A DNA stretch of 63,508 bases, counting the filler, from Sanchytrium tribonematis (lineage: Eukaryota), in the NCBI GenBank assembly GCA_018985235.1. It is 25 parts of 25 records of this genome, joined end to end, with 100 filler letters (N's around TTAATTAATTAA, not from the genome) between each part and the next. Parts side by side here need not be neighbours in the genome. Positions count along the whole stretch, not along the records: positions 19,381 to 20,617 come from JADGIG010001351.1; positions 20,718 to 21,953 come from JADGIG010001352.1; positions 22,054 to 23,286 come from JADGIG010001353.1; positions 23,387 to 24,616 come from JADGIG010001354.1; positions 24,717 to 25,942 come from JADGIG010001355.1; positions 26,043 to 27,268 come from JADGIG010001356.1; positions 27,369 to 28,593 come from JADGIG010001357.1; positions 28,694 to 45,201 come from JADGIG010000134.1; 17 more parts are not named here. The stretch is one strand, 5' to 3'. Below are positions 19,761 through 30,600 of the stretch, in pieces. The position numbers and the translations under genes are program-made. A model generated the notes under the pieces. The model saw only the letters and a list, made by a program, of their open reading frames with translations, had not been told where the DNA came from and made no database searches. Each line of letters starts with the position of its first letter. The first letter of the stretch is position 1.

Positions 19761-20617
19761 TTATTCCAATTTTACCTCATTCAAAGCATCTTCCAGTTCC
19801 TGAATTATTTGTTTGATTGTGAATTTCTTTCTTTGTTTGTTAAATCTGCTCATATCTTGCCAAATTTGTTTATTTGTCAATAATTCATGTAAATAAATAC
19901 TCATTTCCTCACTGATACTCTCCAAATTCCCTTCATTTACTAAATAACCAGATTGTTTCATAATAATTGTTTCTTTGACACCTCCAGAATTCATTCCAAT
20001 TACAGGAATTCCATAGCTCATGGCTTCAATGGGGACTATTCCAAAGTGTTCATGACTGGGTGTATAGATAATTGCTTTTGATTTGCTTAAAATAAATTGT
20101 TTTTGCAAATTCGTGCAAGATTTAATAAATGTCACAGATTTAGATAAATCAATTTCTGACACTTCTACACCATTAAATACATTGTAATCTAGTTGTAATT
20201 CATTGCATATATCTATTAAATGCTCCAATGTGGTCAAATTCTCTTGTAAATTCACATCAAATCCACCAACCAATAATAATTTAATATTAGAAATTGGCAA
20301 ATTTGAATGCTTCATTCTATTTATTAGTTTATAATAGGCATAAATAGCGCGTTGAATTTGTTTTTTACCCTCAAATCTGTTTATACTGCTAATCACTTGA
20401 TAATTATAGGCAAATAATTCATTTCCAGTATATTTGATATATTCTGTCCCTGGATATAATACTTGGATATTCTTGCTTCCAAATGTATTTTTATAAATTT
20501 GACTGGTGTATTGGCTATTTACAAATACTTTAAATGCCATATTTGTAGAAATACGCTCTAATTGATCAAATGGCCATCTGTAAATCATTTTCAATAAATG
20601 ATCACGCCTAGTCAATA
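19761..20617 (-). CDS. ALG2: Alpha-1,3/1,6-mannosyltransferase (5'-partial)
   Basis: VNSQYT, SINRFEGKK, YTPSHEHFGIVPIEAM and NSGGVKET. Confidence 0.85.
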
Positions 20618-20717
20618 NNNNNNNNNNNNNNNNNNNNNNNNNNNNNNNNNNNNNNNNNNNNTTAATTAATTAANNNNNNNNNNNNNNNNNNNNNNNNNNN
20701 NNNNNNNNNNNNNNNNN

Positions 20718-20935
20718 TCATAGTTTCTAAAGTTATAAATCAACTTATACTCTCCAGAATAGAATGTATGAAGACCAGTGGCGACACTTTTAAAGTAGTT
20801 TTGAACAAAACCAGTAGCAACCAATTCCGTTGCTTCTACTTGATTTTGTGTCAATTTCACTGGATTTCTCTCACAAATCGACAAAGGTCTGACAGATTCT
20901 GACATGAATCCATTCAACACTGTAATAAACAACAT
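20718..20935 (-). CDS. Possible NTF2-like protein N-terminus (3'-truncated)
   Basis: VATGFVQNYF...LHTFY resembles the first NTF2-like helices, with promoter-like motifs upstream. Confidence 0.35.
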
Positions 20936-21159
20936 TTAGAAACTGGGGACACGCTTTCTATTTATATCCAGACGTGTTATTATTGATCCAATCAAATGGA
21001 TTTCTGAGCAACGTGTGTTGAAACATGTCAAATATTTTATTGTTTTCCATTAGAAGATAAAACAAGTTGACTAGTCATTGGAACTCGCAATTTTATCAGT
21101 GGAATTAGATATTTACGTTCTTTATCGGTATACAGCCCTGTTCAAAAATTGAATCACAC

Positions 21160-21590
21160 TCAAATGAAATTTCTTTTTCTAAATTAGTATGTAATACCTT
21201 GGGTGCATTCTGTGCTTTATTAAAAATGTAACCCCAAGTATCAGGCAAATAACCTTAGCACCGACGTACATGTATCCAAGATTAGTAGAATCACCTAAAA
21301 CAGAAGATGTCGTTATTAAAACTTTTTTGTGACCTCCAAATGAAACAGTATCAAAGTGATGATTTACACCTAAAACATAATCTCCCTTCTTGAGGGAACT
21401 TGTCCGCCTCCAAAACTCATTAAAATTAGAAAAAGGGGCTACTCTTGTCCAAACCAGAGGATCTTAATATTCTTGCAAATTTGGAATAGTGCCGTCATTG
21501 TAAAGTCCATCTTTGCATTTATAGCTCCAATTTTGGTGGTGGAACAACATCTGCAGCGGAGTATTTTGTTTTTCCGAATCTTTTTTTTGA
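21160..21590 (-). pseudogene. CDC50/LEM3 flippase subunit pseudogene fragment
   Basis: KKRFGKTKY...VPPP/WS...IPNLQEY*D...W.RVA.F..F, LKKGDY...SFGGHKKVLITTSSVLG...LGYMY...FLIKHRMHPR. One frameshift and one stop. 5' boundary approximate. Confidence 0.75.
21179..21197 (-). other. 19-nt intron retained in the CDC50 pseudogene
   Basis: GTATTACATACTAATTTAG interrupting HPR/K, with a CTAAT branch motif. Confidence 0.65.
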
Positions 21591-21870
21591 AAATAAAATA
21601 AAATCGTATGTAAATAGAACAAGTGGATAGTAGATATTAGGGGAACTCTCTGATTTTCCTCAGCTGATCAAAATTGCTATCGGAATGATTAAATCTAATG
21701 AATAATTGGTCTAACGCATTATGTGTGGATGCACTTACAAACTGTTATTCAACAGACAAATATTACTTGAATAAATTAATTGGACCGCTTTTTATTTAAT
21801 TAGAATTGTATACAAAGCCATGGCATTGTTTTCTTAAGATTTTCTTCATTCAATAATCTCCTTGAAACAT

Positions 21871-21953
21871 ATGGGTGAAAAGTTGACTGAAGATCAAATT
21901 GCAGAATTTAGAGAAGCATTTTCATTATTTGACAAGGATGGAGATGGAACCAT
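21871..21953 (+). CDS. CMD1: Calmodulin N-terminus (3'-truncated)
   Basis: [27 protein letters not shown]. Confidence 0.88.
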
Positions 21954-22053
21954 NNNNNNNNNNNNNNNNNNNNNNNNNNNNNNNNNNNNNNNNNNNNTTA
22001 ATTAATTAANNNNNNNNNNNNNNNNNNNNNNNNNNNNNNNNNNNNNNNNNNNN

Positions 22054-23286
22054 GGCTCATTACATCGGTTTTTTGGTAAAAATACAGTCCTAGCAACCGG
22101 AGGTTATGGTAGAGCTTATTTTTCATGCACTTCAGCGCATACTTGTACTGGAGATGGAACTGCTATGGTTGCAAGAGCTGGTTTGCCATTACAAGATATG
22201 GAATTTGTTCAATTTCATCCTACCGGAATATATGGTGCTGGTTGTTTAATTACTGAGGGCTGCAGAGGAGAAGGCGGTATATTACTAAATAGCGAGGGAG
22301 AACCATTTATGAGAAGATATGCTCCAGTTGCTAAGGATTTAGCTAGTCGAGATGTGGTTAGTAGATCTATGACTATCGAAATCAAAGAAGGACGCGGCTG
22401 CGGTCCTCAAAAAGATCACATTTATTTACAGCTTAGTCATTTGCCTAAAGAAGTGCTTCATGAGAGGCTGCCGGGAATTTCAGAGACTGCTGCAATATTT
22501 GCTGGTGTAGATGTCACAAAGGAACCAATTCCTATTTTGCCAACAGTTCATTATAATATGGGTGGAATTCCTACAAAATACACCGTAATTTAATTTTATT
22601 TAGGGTCAAGTTATTGGTGTTGATAAAGACGGAAAAGACATCATCATTCCAGGACTTTATGCTGCTGGAGAAGCTGCTTGTGTAAGTGTTCATGGAGCTA
22701 ATAGACTAGGTGCCAATTCTTTGCTTGATATCGTTGTATTTGGACGTGCCTGTGCGCTTCATATTGCAGAGAATAATAAGCCAAATACAAACGAAAAGGC
22801 ATCTTCTGACTTGGGGGTGGCCTCATTTAAAGATCTTGCTTCTTTGAAGGAGAAGAAAGGAAAGGTTGGTGCTGCTAAAATAAGACAGAATATGCAAAAA
22901 GTTATGCAGAGTGATGCTGCTGTGTTCAGAACTCAGTCCACTCTAGAAGCAGGTTGCAAATCTATCTCTGAAGTTGCAAAGTCTTTCGACGGTGTAGTCG
23001 TCAATGACAAAAGCAATGCCTGGAACACAGATTTAGTAGAAACCGTGGAATTGCGCAATTTACTCACAAATGCTGTTCAAACTATGTATTCTGCCGAAGC
23101 TAGAAAAGAAAGTAGAGGAGCTCACGCTAGAGATGATTTTCAAGAAAGAAATGATAAAGAATGGATGAAGCACACTCTATCGTGGCACGACGAAAAAACT
23201 GGAGAAGTCACTCTCAAGTACCGCGAGGTTGCTATGAAAACTTTGGATGAAAAAGAATGCAAATCCGTTCCTCCATTTAAGCGAGT
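22054..23286 (+). CDS. SDH1: Succinate dehydrogenase flavoprotein subunit (partial, one intron)
   Basis: [38 protein letters not shown]...[15 protein letters not shown] and [10 protein letters not shown]. Confidence 0.97.
22585..22603 (+). other. 19-nt spliceosomal intron
   Basis: GTAATTTAATTTTATTTAG, phase 0, containing an in-frame stop. Removal gives [13 protein letters not shown]. Confidence 0.93.
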
Positions 23287-23386
23287 NNNNNNNNNNNNNN
23301 NNNNNNNNNNNNNNNNNNNNNNNNNNNNNNTTAATTAATTAANNNNNNNNNNNNNNNNNNNNNNNNNNNNNNNNNNNNNNNNNNNN

Positions 23387-24616
23387 ATTTAGGATTTCAG
23401 TTGACTCAATCAGGAATTAAGCCTAATCCAAAGAAAGTGTCTTGTATTTTGGCACTTCACCAGCCCCGAAATGTGTCAGAATTAAGGAGCCAATTGGGTA
23501 TGATAAACTTTTTTAGGCGCTTTATACCACAATGTGCTGGTATATTAGCACCCCTAACCCAATTAACCAAGAAATCAGTTAAGTTTGAATGGACAATTGA
23601 ACATCAACGTCGTTTAGACAGTTGTAAAAAGATGCTGGCTTCTAAAACCTTATTAGTTTACCCATTATTCGACAAGCCATTTCACATTTACTGTGATGCA
23701 AGTGAATATGGTCTTGGGGTGTGTATTTTTCAGTACGATGAGGAAAATATTCCCAATCCGATCTATTTTTATTCGAGAAAATTCAATCCTGCTCAATTGC
23801 GGTACACTGTTGTACATAAAGAAGCATTGGCAGTGATTTCTATTCTTAAACATCTCAGAAAGTTGTTGTATGGGTGTGATTTGCGAATTTACACTGACAG
23901 TTTGAACTTGTCATATTTGCAAACATCAAATAGTTTAAAATTACAGCGGTACTTTATGGAAATAATGGATTTCAACCCCACAGTTGAGCATATTAGTGGA
24001 AAATCGAATGTTGTGGCAGATTTATTGTCTCGCATGAACTTCCAACAATCATTTTTAGAATCACTCGCTATTGAGGACTTTCCATTATCTACACAATATA
24101 TACGAACTGCACAACTAGCAGATTCTGATCTTCAAACCCATTTGCTTCAACTTGAAAGAGACCAGAATTCAAGGAAAAATGAATTTGAATCAAATGAAAA
24201 CCAAAGTAGTGAATATTGTGTCAAATTGATTGAAAATAATGTTGTACTGTGCAAAAAGGATTCATTTCAGATGATTATTCCACAAAATTTGAGAAAGGAT
24301 ATACTTGTTTGGGCACATGATTTGTTTGGTCACCCAGGACAAGGACGAATGTATAATACATTAAAATCCTACATCTATTGGATGGGATTACAACAAGATA
24401 TCAAACAATTTGTCAAGAAATGCCACATTTGTCAAACTGGAAAACAAAATAAGAAGAATTATGGCAAATTGCACAAAACCACAGTTGATATGGACATAAA
24501 TCCATTCCAAGTTGTTGCAATTGATGTGGTTGGTCCCCTTAGTAGTGTATCTGAGGATGATGGGATTGTATTTACTCATATTTTAACAATTATTGACATT
24601 AAAACACGATTTATTG
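23387..24616 (+). mobile_element. Ty3/gypsy LTR retrotransposon pol fragment (RT thumb, RNase H, integrase)
   Basis: LGMINFFRRFI, YCDASEYGLG, KEALAV, HISGKSNVVADLLSR, H..GH...CHIC zinc finger and AIDVVGP. ORF uninterrupted. Confidence 0.93.
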
Positions 24617-24716
24617 NNNNNNNNNNNNNNNNNNNNNNNNNNNNNNNNNNNNNNNNNNNNTTAATTAATTAANNNNNNNNNNNNNNNNNNNNNNNNNNNN
24701 NNNNNNNNNNNNNNNN

Positions 24717-25942
24717 TGCCAAATTTAAGATTAGTTTTAATCGGAGATCCTTATCAGCAAATATATGAAGGCTTGGGGAGCGATTCTAAATATATGATGG
24801 ACATATCAGACTATCTATCCCTACATTCCCCGATACCCACGAAGCAACTGTGCTTAAGTTATAATTTTAGATCCACAAACACACAACTACTTGACATACA
24901 GACTAAATTGCTTCAAATGAAGCCAGCTATTCGCAGTGGTTTGACGGATTTGTATGAGAAACCTGCGAAAGTTCACTACGTCAAAATAATAACATTAAAT
25001 GATGACGCTTACATTGACTTTATATATGGCATTATCGATTCAATGATGCAGATAAACATAAACGGTAAAGATATCTGTATTTTAAATCCTAGTGGTTCTG
25101 TCCGAAATGATAAAGATTCTGCTTCAAAAAAACTGCTTCGAACAATTAGATCAAAACTTGAAGAAGACTACAGCAGTAATGATTTGTATAAGGCAAATGA
25201 CTGCACGAGCATCGAAATTGACACGGTTCACAGTATGAAAGGGAAAGAAAGGGGACATGTGATAGTTATTAATGTGGTGGAATCTAATTTTGGATTTAGA
25301 CCAGATGCTTTGAATTTATTTTACGTCGCAGTATCTAGAGCTAAATACTCGCTTCATCTGGTTGTTCCGCAACTCAGCAGCTATAGAGAGTCAAAATTTC
25401 TAAAAATGATTCAAGGAGATCTGGATGGCTATGAGCCTTACAATGGAGACACAGAGGCAGAGCTCTCCTTAAATCTGAAAAATGCAGTAACAGAATATAT
25501 AGGCACAATACCTATGCACATAAAAGAAAAGTTCAGAGTAAAATACAAATTGAGAGAAAAGAAATCTTTATGCCAGTTTGATGTTATTCCCTTTGATATG
25601 CCAGCAGCTTCTTTAAATTATGGCGAGACATTAGCTAAAAAGGTTGGAATGCGTGTTTTCTTTGGAAGATTTATGGAAAAAGTTGCCGTTTGTAGCGCAT
25701 TTAAGACAGTTGGTGTCGTATCATTAGTTAATGATTTGATGTCTACTGTATTAATTAGGCAAACTGATTTGCAGTATCTGAAAACGGAAGTTATTCCGCC
25801 AAGTTTAATCCAACAAGCTAGAATTTTAGTCAGCAATAGGGAAATTAAAAACGCAAAAGTTGTGGACAATGCCTCGGGTAAGTTGCTTGTTTGTGAAGTC
25901 ATAAAATCCGCAAAAGTTGATGGTAAAAGGGTTAAGTCTGCT
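24717..25942 (+). CDS. Superfamily 1 (UvrD/REP-like) helicase fragment
   Basis: LIGDPYQQIY (III), NFRS (IV), TVHSMKGKE (V) and YVAVSRAK (VI). Confidence 0.85.
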
Positions 25943-26042
25943 NNNNNNNNNNNNNNNNNNNNNNNNNNNNNNNNNNNNNNNNNNNNTTAATTAATTAANN
26001 NNNNNNNNNNNNNNNNNNNNNNNNNNNNNNNNNNNNNNNNNN

Positions 26043-26790
26043 TGAATTTACCAATAAAGCAAACCACATTTGAACAAGATTGCCAAAATATTAATGTATT
26101 CTACATTTACTCTAATAAACTGTTGCCCACGCCATCAGATTGGCCCCAAAATCACAAAGTTGTTGGAAATTTAGAATTACCAGACTCTCCCAAGCCACTT
26201 CCAGATGCTTTATTACAATTTATCAATCAACACAAGAATATTCCGATTATTTATATTGGATTAGGTAGTATGTTGAGTGTCGTATTTAAGCCAGATGAAG
26301 TAGAAGCGTGTTTAAATAAATTAGCAAATGGGGTCTTTCTGACCATTAAAAATGGTAATAAGCTCGCCTGTGTCTTACACACTGTGGCTAGTCAATCTGT
26401 GACCCCATTAGAATCTACTAATCCCAATTTATTCATCTTAAATGAACCCGTGGCGCATTCTCAATTATTCCCCAAAATGTCCATGATTCTTCATCACGGT
26501 GGAATGGGTACGACACACACTGGTTTATTAGCTGGTAAACCATTCTACCTTGTGGCCCTACTAGTGATCAACCATTTTGGCAAGATGTTGTTTTAAAACG
26601 TGGCTGTGGCCCTAAAGGATTCCCAATTAGTGAATTGGATCCTATGAAATTGAGTACTTGTTTGATGGATGGATTGAATCATTTGGATTTTTACAGTGAA
26701 AATGCAAGAGCCATGAGCAAATCAATGCAAACAGAACAAGGGGCGAAATATATTGTTAAAAACATGGCAAATCTATTAAATATGGAATAA
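26043..26790 (+). CDS. GT1 glycosyltransferase (sterol glucosyltransferase-like) C-terminus, frameshifted near 26542
   Basis: PSDWP, IYIGLGSM, H..LFP...HHGGMGTT...AGKP, then in a shifted frame ILP...DQPFW...G.GP to TAA at 26790. Confidence 0.75.
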
Positions 26791-26791
26791 A

Positions 26792-27268
26792 TCAATTTAT
26801 TTTCAATGGATGTGCTTCTGTATTAAAAACATACTCATTTAAATCCAATAAATTATCATTAAATGTCAAAAATAAATATTTCAAAGTTTCTGCTAAAAAC
26901 CACGAATCTTGCAAATTAAAATGTTCTCCACTAATTACATGCACGCCTGCATATCCACTGGGTGTATAACAATATAATTGAATGCGTTGCATTATCCTGA
27001 AATTCATTAATAAATATTTCTTATTTTTGGTGATGCGCCATAAATAAAAGACGGATTCGATTAATTCTGGTCGTAATTGATAGTATGGGTCATTTGCAAT
27101 CATATTATGAGATGTATCTGGTGATAATTTTGTGGGTTGAAACTCGTATTGATCCCAACACAAATTTGTGAATATTTCTGCGTATTCTAAATATTGATTA
27201 TTTTTACTTTGTTTGAGCGTGTCACTAGATTGGAAATAGTTGTGGGATGCTCTCAATGCCAACAGACC
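26792..27268 (-). CDS. GH47 alpha-1,2-mannosidase C-terminus (5'-partial)
   Basis: YQLRPELIES, QDSWFLAETLKYLFL and FNTEAHP. Confidence 0.92.
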   Translation of the reverse strand, partial: GLLALRASHNYFQSSDTLKQSKNNQYLEYAEIFTNLCWDQYEFQPTKLSPDTSHNMIANDPYYQLRPELIESVFYLWRITKNKKYLLMNFRIMQRIQLYCYTPSGYAGVHVISGEHFNLQDSWFLAETLKYLFLTFNDNLLDLNEYVFNTEAHPLKIN

Positions 27269-27368
27269 NNNNNNNNNNNNNNNNNNNNNNNNNNNNNNNN
27301 NNNNNNNNNNNNTTAATTAATTAANNNNNNNNNNNNNNNNNNNNNNNNNNNNNNNNNNNNNNNNNNNN

Positions 27369-27758
27369 AGAGCGCAAATATTACCATATCAAACCATTTT
27401 TGCAATGTTTAGAAAATTTACGCATGAAGAATTACTGGAGGATCTCACCGAAATTTGTTATGAAATTCAGGGTAATTTCATTATCAAAAGTGAGTTGTGT
27501 TTTAATGAGAAAAACATTATTTCTGCCCGAAATGACATCCTTTTAAAGTTATTTTCTGGATTTCCCTTTTTAAAGTCTGATGTTCAGTCGAATTTGTTAA
27601 ATGAAGACCTTTTAGTCATACTAAAACCTCTTTGTATTTTAGAAGACCAATTGTGGCGATGTAAATACAACGCGGATACGGACTTTGAAATTCAATTTCC
27701 AAAATACCACGAAAGGCAGAAGCGTTTGGTAGCGGAGTTGGAATTAAGCCTGGACTAG
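27369..27758 (+). CDS. Probable RNA polymerase III subunit RPC5 C-terminal part (5'-partial)
   Basis: IQGNFIIKS...ARNDIL...W.....D.DF...FP....RQ resembles the RPC5/Sin pattern, recalled from memory. Confidence 0.5.
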   Translation, partial: RAQILPYQTIFAMFRKFTHEELLEDLTEICYEIQGNFIIKSELCFNEKNIISARNDILLKLFSGFPFLKSDVQSNLLNEDLLVILKPLCILEDQLWRCKYNADTDFEIQFPKYHERQKRLVAELELSLD

Positions 27759-27839
27759 TATCAATTTACAACAATTATCTAATAAAAATATTCTCGCGAT
27801 TGTATTTCTTAGATAATCTCCAAGTTTTATATTCTTAAA

Positions 27840-28397
27840 ATGCTTTCTCGTTATCTTTTACAAGGATTTCGAACCACTTACAAATATAATGCAGCAACGA
27901 AAATGGAGCCATTTCAACCTCAGAATAAAGCTGAATTTGCGCTTACATCAATCGATAAACTAGTCAATTATATTAGAACTGGCAGTATTTGGCCAATGAC
28001 ATTTGGGCTAGCTTGTTGTGCCGTGGAAATGATGCATATGGCAGCTAGTCGATATGATCAAGATCGATTTGGAATATTGTTTAGAGCTAGTCCAAGACAA
28101 TCTGATGTGATGATTGTTGCTGGCACACTCACTAATAAAATGTCACCTGCACTGAGGAAGGTATATGATCAGATGCCTGAACCTAGATGGGTCATCTCAA
28201 TGGGAAGTTGCGCAAATGGCGGTGGCTATTATCACTATTCTTATGCAGTTGTGCGTGGTTGCGACAGAATTGTTCCCGTTGACATTTATGTTCCAGGATG
28301 TCCGCCCACGGCAGAAGCATTGCTCTATGGTGTATTGCAACTTCAAAAGAAAATTAAAAAGACAAGAAACGTTACATACTGGTATAGGCAGCAATAA
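27840..28397 (+). CDS. NDUFS7: NADH:ubiquinone oxidoreductase PSST subunit
   Basis: [37 protein letters not shown] and [12 protein letters not shown]. Confidence 0.97.
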   Translation: MLSRYLLQGFRTTYKYNAATKMEPFQPQNKAEFALTSIDKLVNYIRTGSIWPMTFGLACCAVEMMHMAASRYDQDRFGILFRASPRQSDVMIVAGTLTNKMSPALRKVYDQMPEPRWVISMGSCANGGGYYHYSYAVVRGCDRIVPVDIYVPGCPPTAEALLYGVLQLQKKIKKTRNVTYWYRQQ

Positions 28398-28413
28398 ATC
28401 AATTTAAATGATT

Positions 28414-28593
28414 TTATTGATCATAAACAGTTATAAAATCAATTTTAGAATTTGGATCTTCATATACGGTAATAAACTCGTCCTCTTGTGGTTTGTATTC
28501 AGTAATAAATTTTAATGCGCGGTCGTCATAAGTGGTTATAAAATCTACTGGTTCTTCTTTGTATGTCGTTATAAATTCGAGAGGTTTGTCTTC
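28414..28593 (-). CDS. 3' end of a protein with FITxY repeats
   Basis: EDKPLEFITTYKEEPVDFITTYDDRALKFITEYKPQEDEFITVYEDPNSKIDFITVYDQ*. Confidence 0.65.
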   Translation of the reverse strand, partial: EDKPLEFITTYKEEPVDFITTYDDRALKFITEYKPQEDEFITVYEDPNSKIDFITVYDQ

Positions 28594-28695
28594 NNNNNNN
28601 NNNNNNNNNNNNNNNNNNNNNNNNNNNNNNNNNNNNNTTAATTAATTAANNNNNNNNNNNNNNNNNNNNNNNNNNNNNNNNNNNNNNNNNNNNGC

Positions 28696-28971
28696 ATGGG
28701 ATATTTGAAAGAATTAGTCAAGGTCAGAATTGAGGATCAAGGCAAATTAAGTAAGAATTTATTTGTTAGCTTTTATCAACATGATTCTCAAAGGCTCTGC
28801 ATAGCTATCACATCAAAATTTGTTTCTGATATTATCCCCAAATCATTATTTGCTCACGGTCGAGAAGGTCTTTTGCTTAATTCTGATTGTAAAATTTCAG
28901 ACTTTTTAGATGAAAATGATACGGACCTTTTGACCTTTAAAATAATAGACTTGCAGAATAAAGCTTTTTAA
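28696..28971 (+). CDS. Hypothetical protein (possibly 5'-partial)
   Basis: 91-aa ORF at the contig start. Confidence 0.35.
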   Translation: MGYLKELVKVRIEDQGKLSKNLFVSFYQHDSQRLCIAITSKFVSDIIPKSLFAHGREGLLLNSDCKISDFLDENDTDLLTFKIIDLQNKAF

Positions 28972-29111
28972 TTGTATTCAACTATGACTGATATTAGAAA
29001 TAGAATTTGTACCTTTTGTATTTCCTTGTAACTATAATCTTGCGACATGATTTGTTGAAAATGGTGTCACTTCAATTTCACATCTCCTCTTAAACAAACT
29101 AATTCCCAAAT

Positions 29112-30200
29112 ATGGTAATGGTCTCGGAGTTCACCTCTAATATACAAATACTCAAAGACAGTAAAAAAACATACGAATTTGATGTGGGAACTGAATATGC
29201 GTGTCATCAAATTATTGGAAATGGTGCATATGGAAGTGTTTGTTCCGCAACTCATCGTTCAGGTACTAAAGTAGCAATTAAAAAGATTTCTCCATTTCAA
29301 CACCAACTTTTTATGGTCAGAACAATTCGTGAAATTCGAATTTTAAAGCACTTTCAACACGAAAACATTGTGCAAATTCTATCCACTATAGATCCGATCA
29401 AAGATAAATTTAAGGATATTTATCTAGTTGAAGAATTAATGGAAACTGATTTGTATCGAGTTTTGCGCACTCAGAAATTATCTGATGAGCATTGCCAATA
29501 TTTATTATATCAAGTTCTGCGTGGACTAAAATGCATTCACTCCGCTAACATTTTACATAGAGATTTAAAGCCAAGTAATTTGTTGATCAATAGCAACTGC
29601 GAGCTCAAAATTTGCGATTTTGGTCTTGCAAGACTTCAAACTGATTTTGATAAAGAATCACAAATGACTGAATATGTGGCTACTCGATGGTATAGAGCAC
29701 CCGAGATTATGCTGAGCTTGAAACAATACTCTAAAGCTATTGATGTTTGGAGCGTGGGATGTATCTTGGCGGAAATGTTAAGCAACAAACCATTATTTCC
29801 TGGAAAGGATTATCATCACCAACTAATTTTAATTCTAGATGTGCTCGGAACGCCCACTCATGACGATTTTGAATCAATCCAGTCAAAAAGAGCCCGGGAT
29901 TATGTCGCTTCTTTACCTTTCAAGCCTAAACAACCACTGGAACTTTTATTTTCTAATGCTTCCGAATTAGCTATTGACATGCTTAAGAAGCTTCTAATAT
30001 TTCACCCCGAAAAGCGAATAACTGTGGAGGAAGCATTAGCTCACCCATATTTAAAAGCGTATCATGATGAATCAGATGAACCTGTTACTCTTCCTATGAG
30101 TGATGTGTTTGATGTTGACAGATTCAAGGATGAATTGACACCGGATCAATTGAGTGAACTTCTCTACACTGAAGTGGTATCATATCCTTCCAGGCTATAA
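29112..30200 (+). CDS. MAP kinase, ERK/Fus3/Kss1 type
   Basis: GNGAYG, VAIKK, HRDLKPSN, DFG and MTEYVATRWYRAPE with a TEY activation loop. Confidence 0.96.
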   Translation: MVMVSEFTSNIQILKDSKKTYEFDVGTEYACHQIIGNGAYGSVCSATHRSGTKVAIKKISPFQHQLFMVRTIREIRILKHFQHENIVQILSTIDPIKDKFKDIYLVEELMETDLYRVLRTQKLSDEHCQYLLYQVLRGLKCIHSANILHRDLKPSNLLINSNCELKICDFGLARLQTDFDKESQMTEYVATRWYRAPEIMLSLKQYSKAIDVWSVGCILAEMLSNKPLFPGKDYHHQLILILDVLGTPTHDDFESIQSKRARDYVASLPFKPKQPLELLFSNASELAIDMLKKLLIFHPEKRITVEEALAHPYLKAYHDESDEPVTLPMSDVFDVDRFKDELTPDQLSELLYTEVVSYPSRL

Positions 30201-30238
30201 TTATAATAAAATTTTTATTTTGAACTTGACGAGGGGTG

Positions 30239-30565
30239 ATGAAAATTTTGACAACAAATGGAATTGTTGCTTACATGCGCAAAGCACCAAGCATACCACT
30301 TGATTTGACTAAATTACAACAGAGGATTAAAAATCATAAATTGGATACATCAAATTCGGAACTCATGGCTGAGATCAAAGATTTAAGAAAAACTCACAGT
30401 GTTCAACAACTAGCCAAAAAATATAAATGTTCTCCACTAGCAATCAGTATGGTGGCTCCTAAAAAAGGAGCTGCTCTGCAGCTAGAAAAAGAACAATGGC
30501 AACGGTCTTCTTACGCTCAACAATTAGTGAAAATAAGAAAATATCAAAGAAAAGCGATGTGGTGA
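30239..30565 (+). CDS. Probable mitochondrial ribosomal protein mL58 (MRPL20-like)
   Basis: EIKDLR...LAKKYKCSPLAISMVAP...W...RKAMW pattern in a basic protein. Confidence 0.55.
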   Translation: MKILTTNGIVAYMRKAPSIPLDLTKLQQRIKNHKLDTSNSELMAEIKDLRKTHSVQQLAKKYKCSPLAISMVAPKKGAALQLEKEQWQRSSYAQQLVKIRKYQRKAMW

Positions 30566-30600
30566 TCTTAATAATAAATATACGTCTATGCTTGATATAT

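Noticed and set aside
20727..20750. Possible in-frame 24-nt or 18-nt intron (GTATAAGTTGATTTATAACTTTAG, minus strand)
   Set aside because: No frame change or stop requires it, the A is at -7 rather than -6, and the contig ends immediately after.
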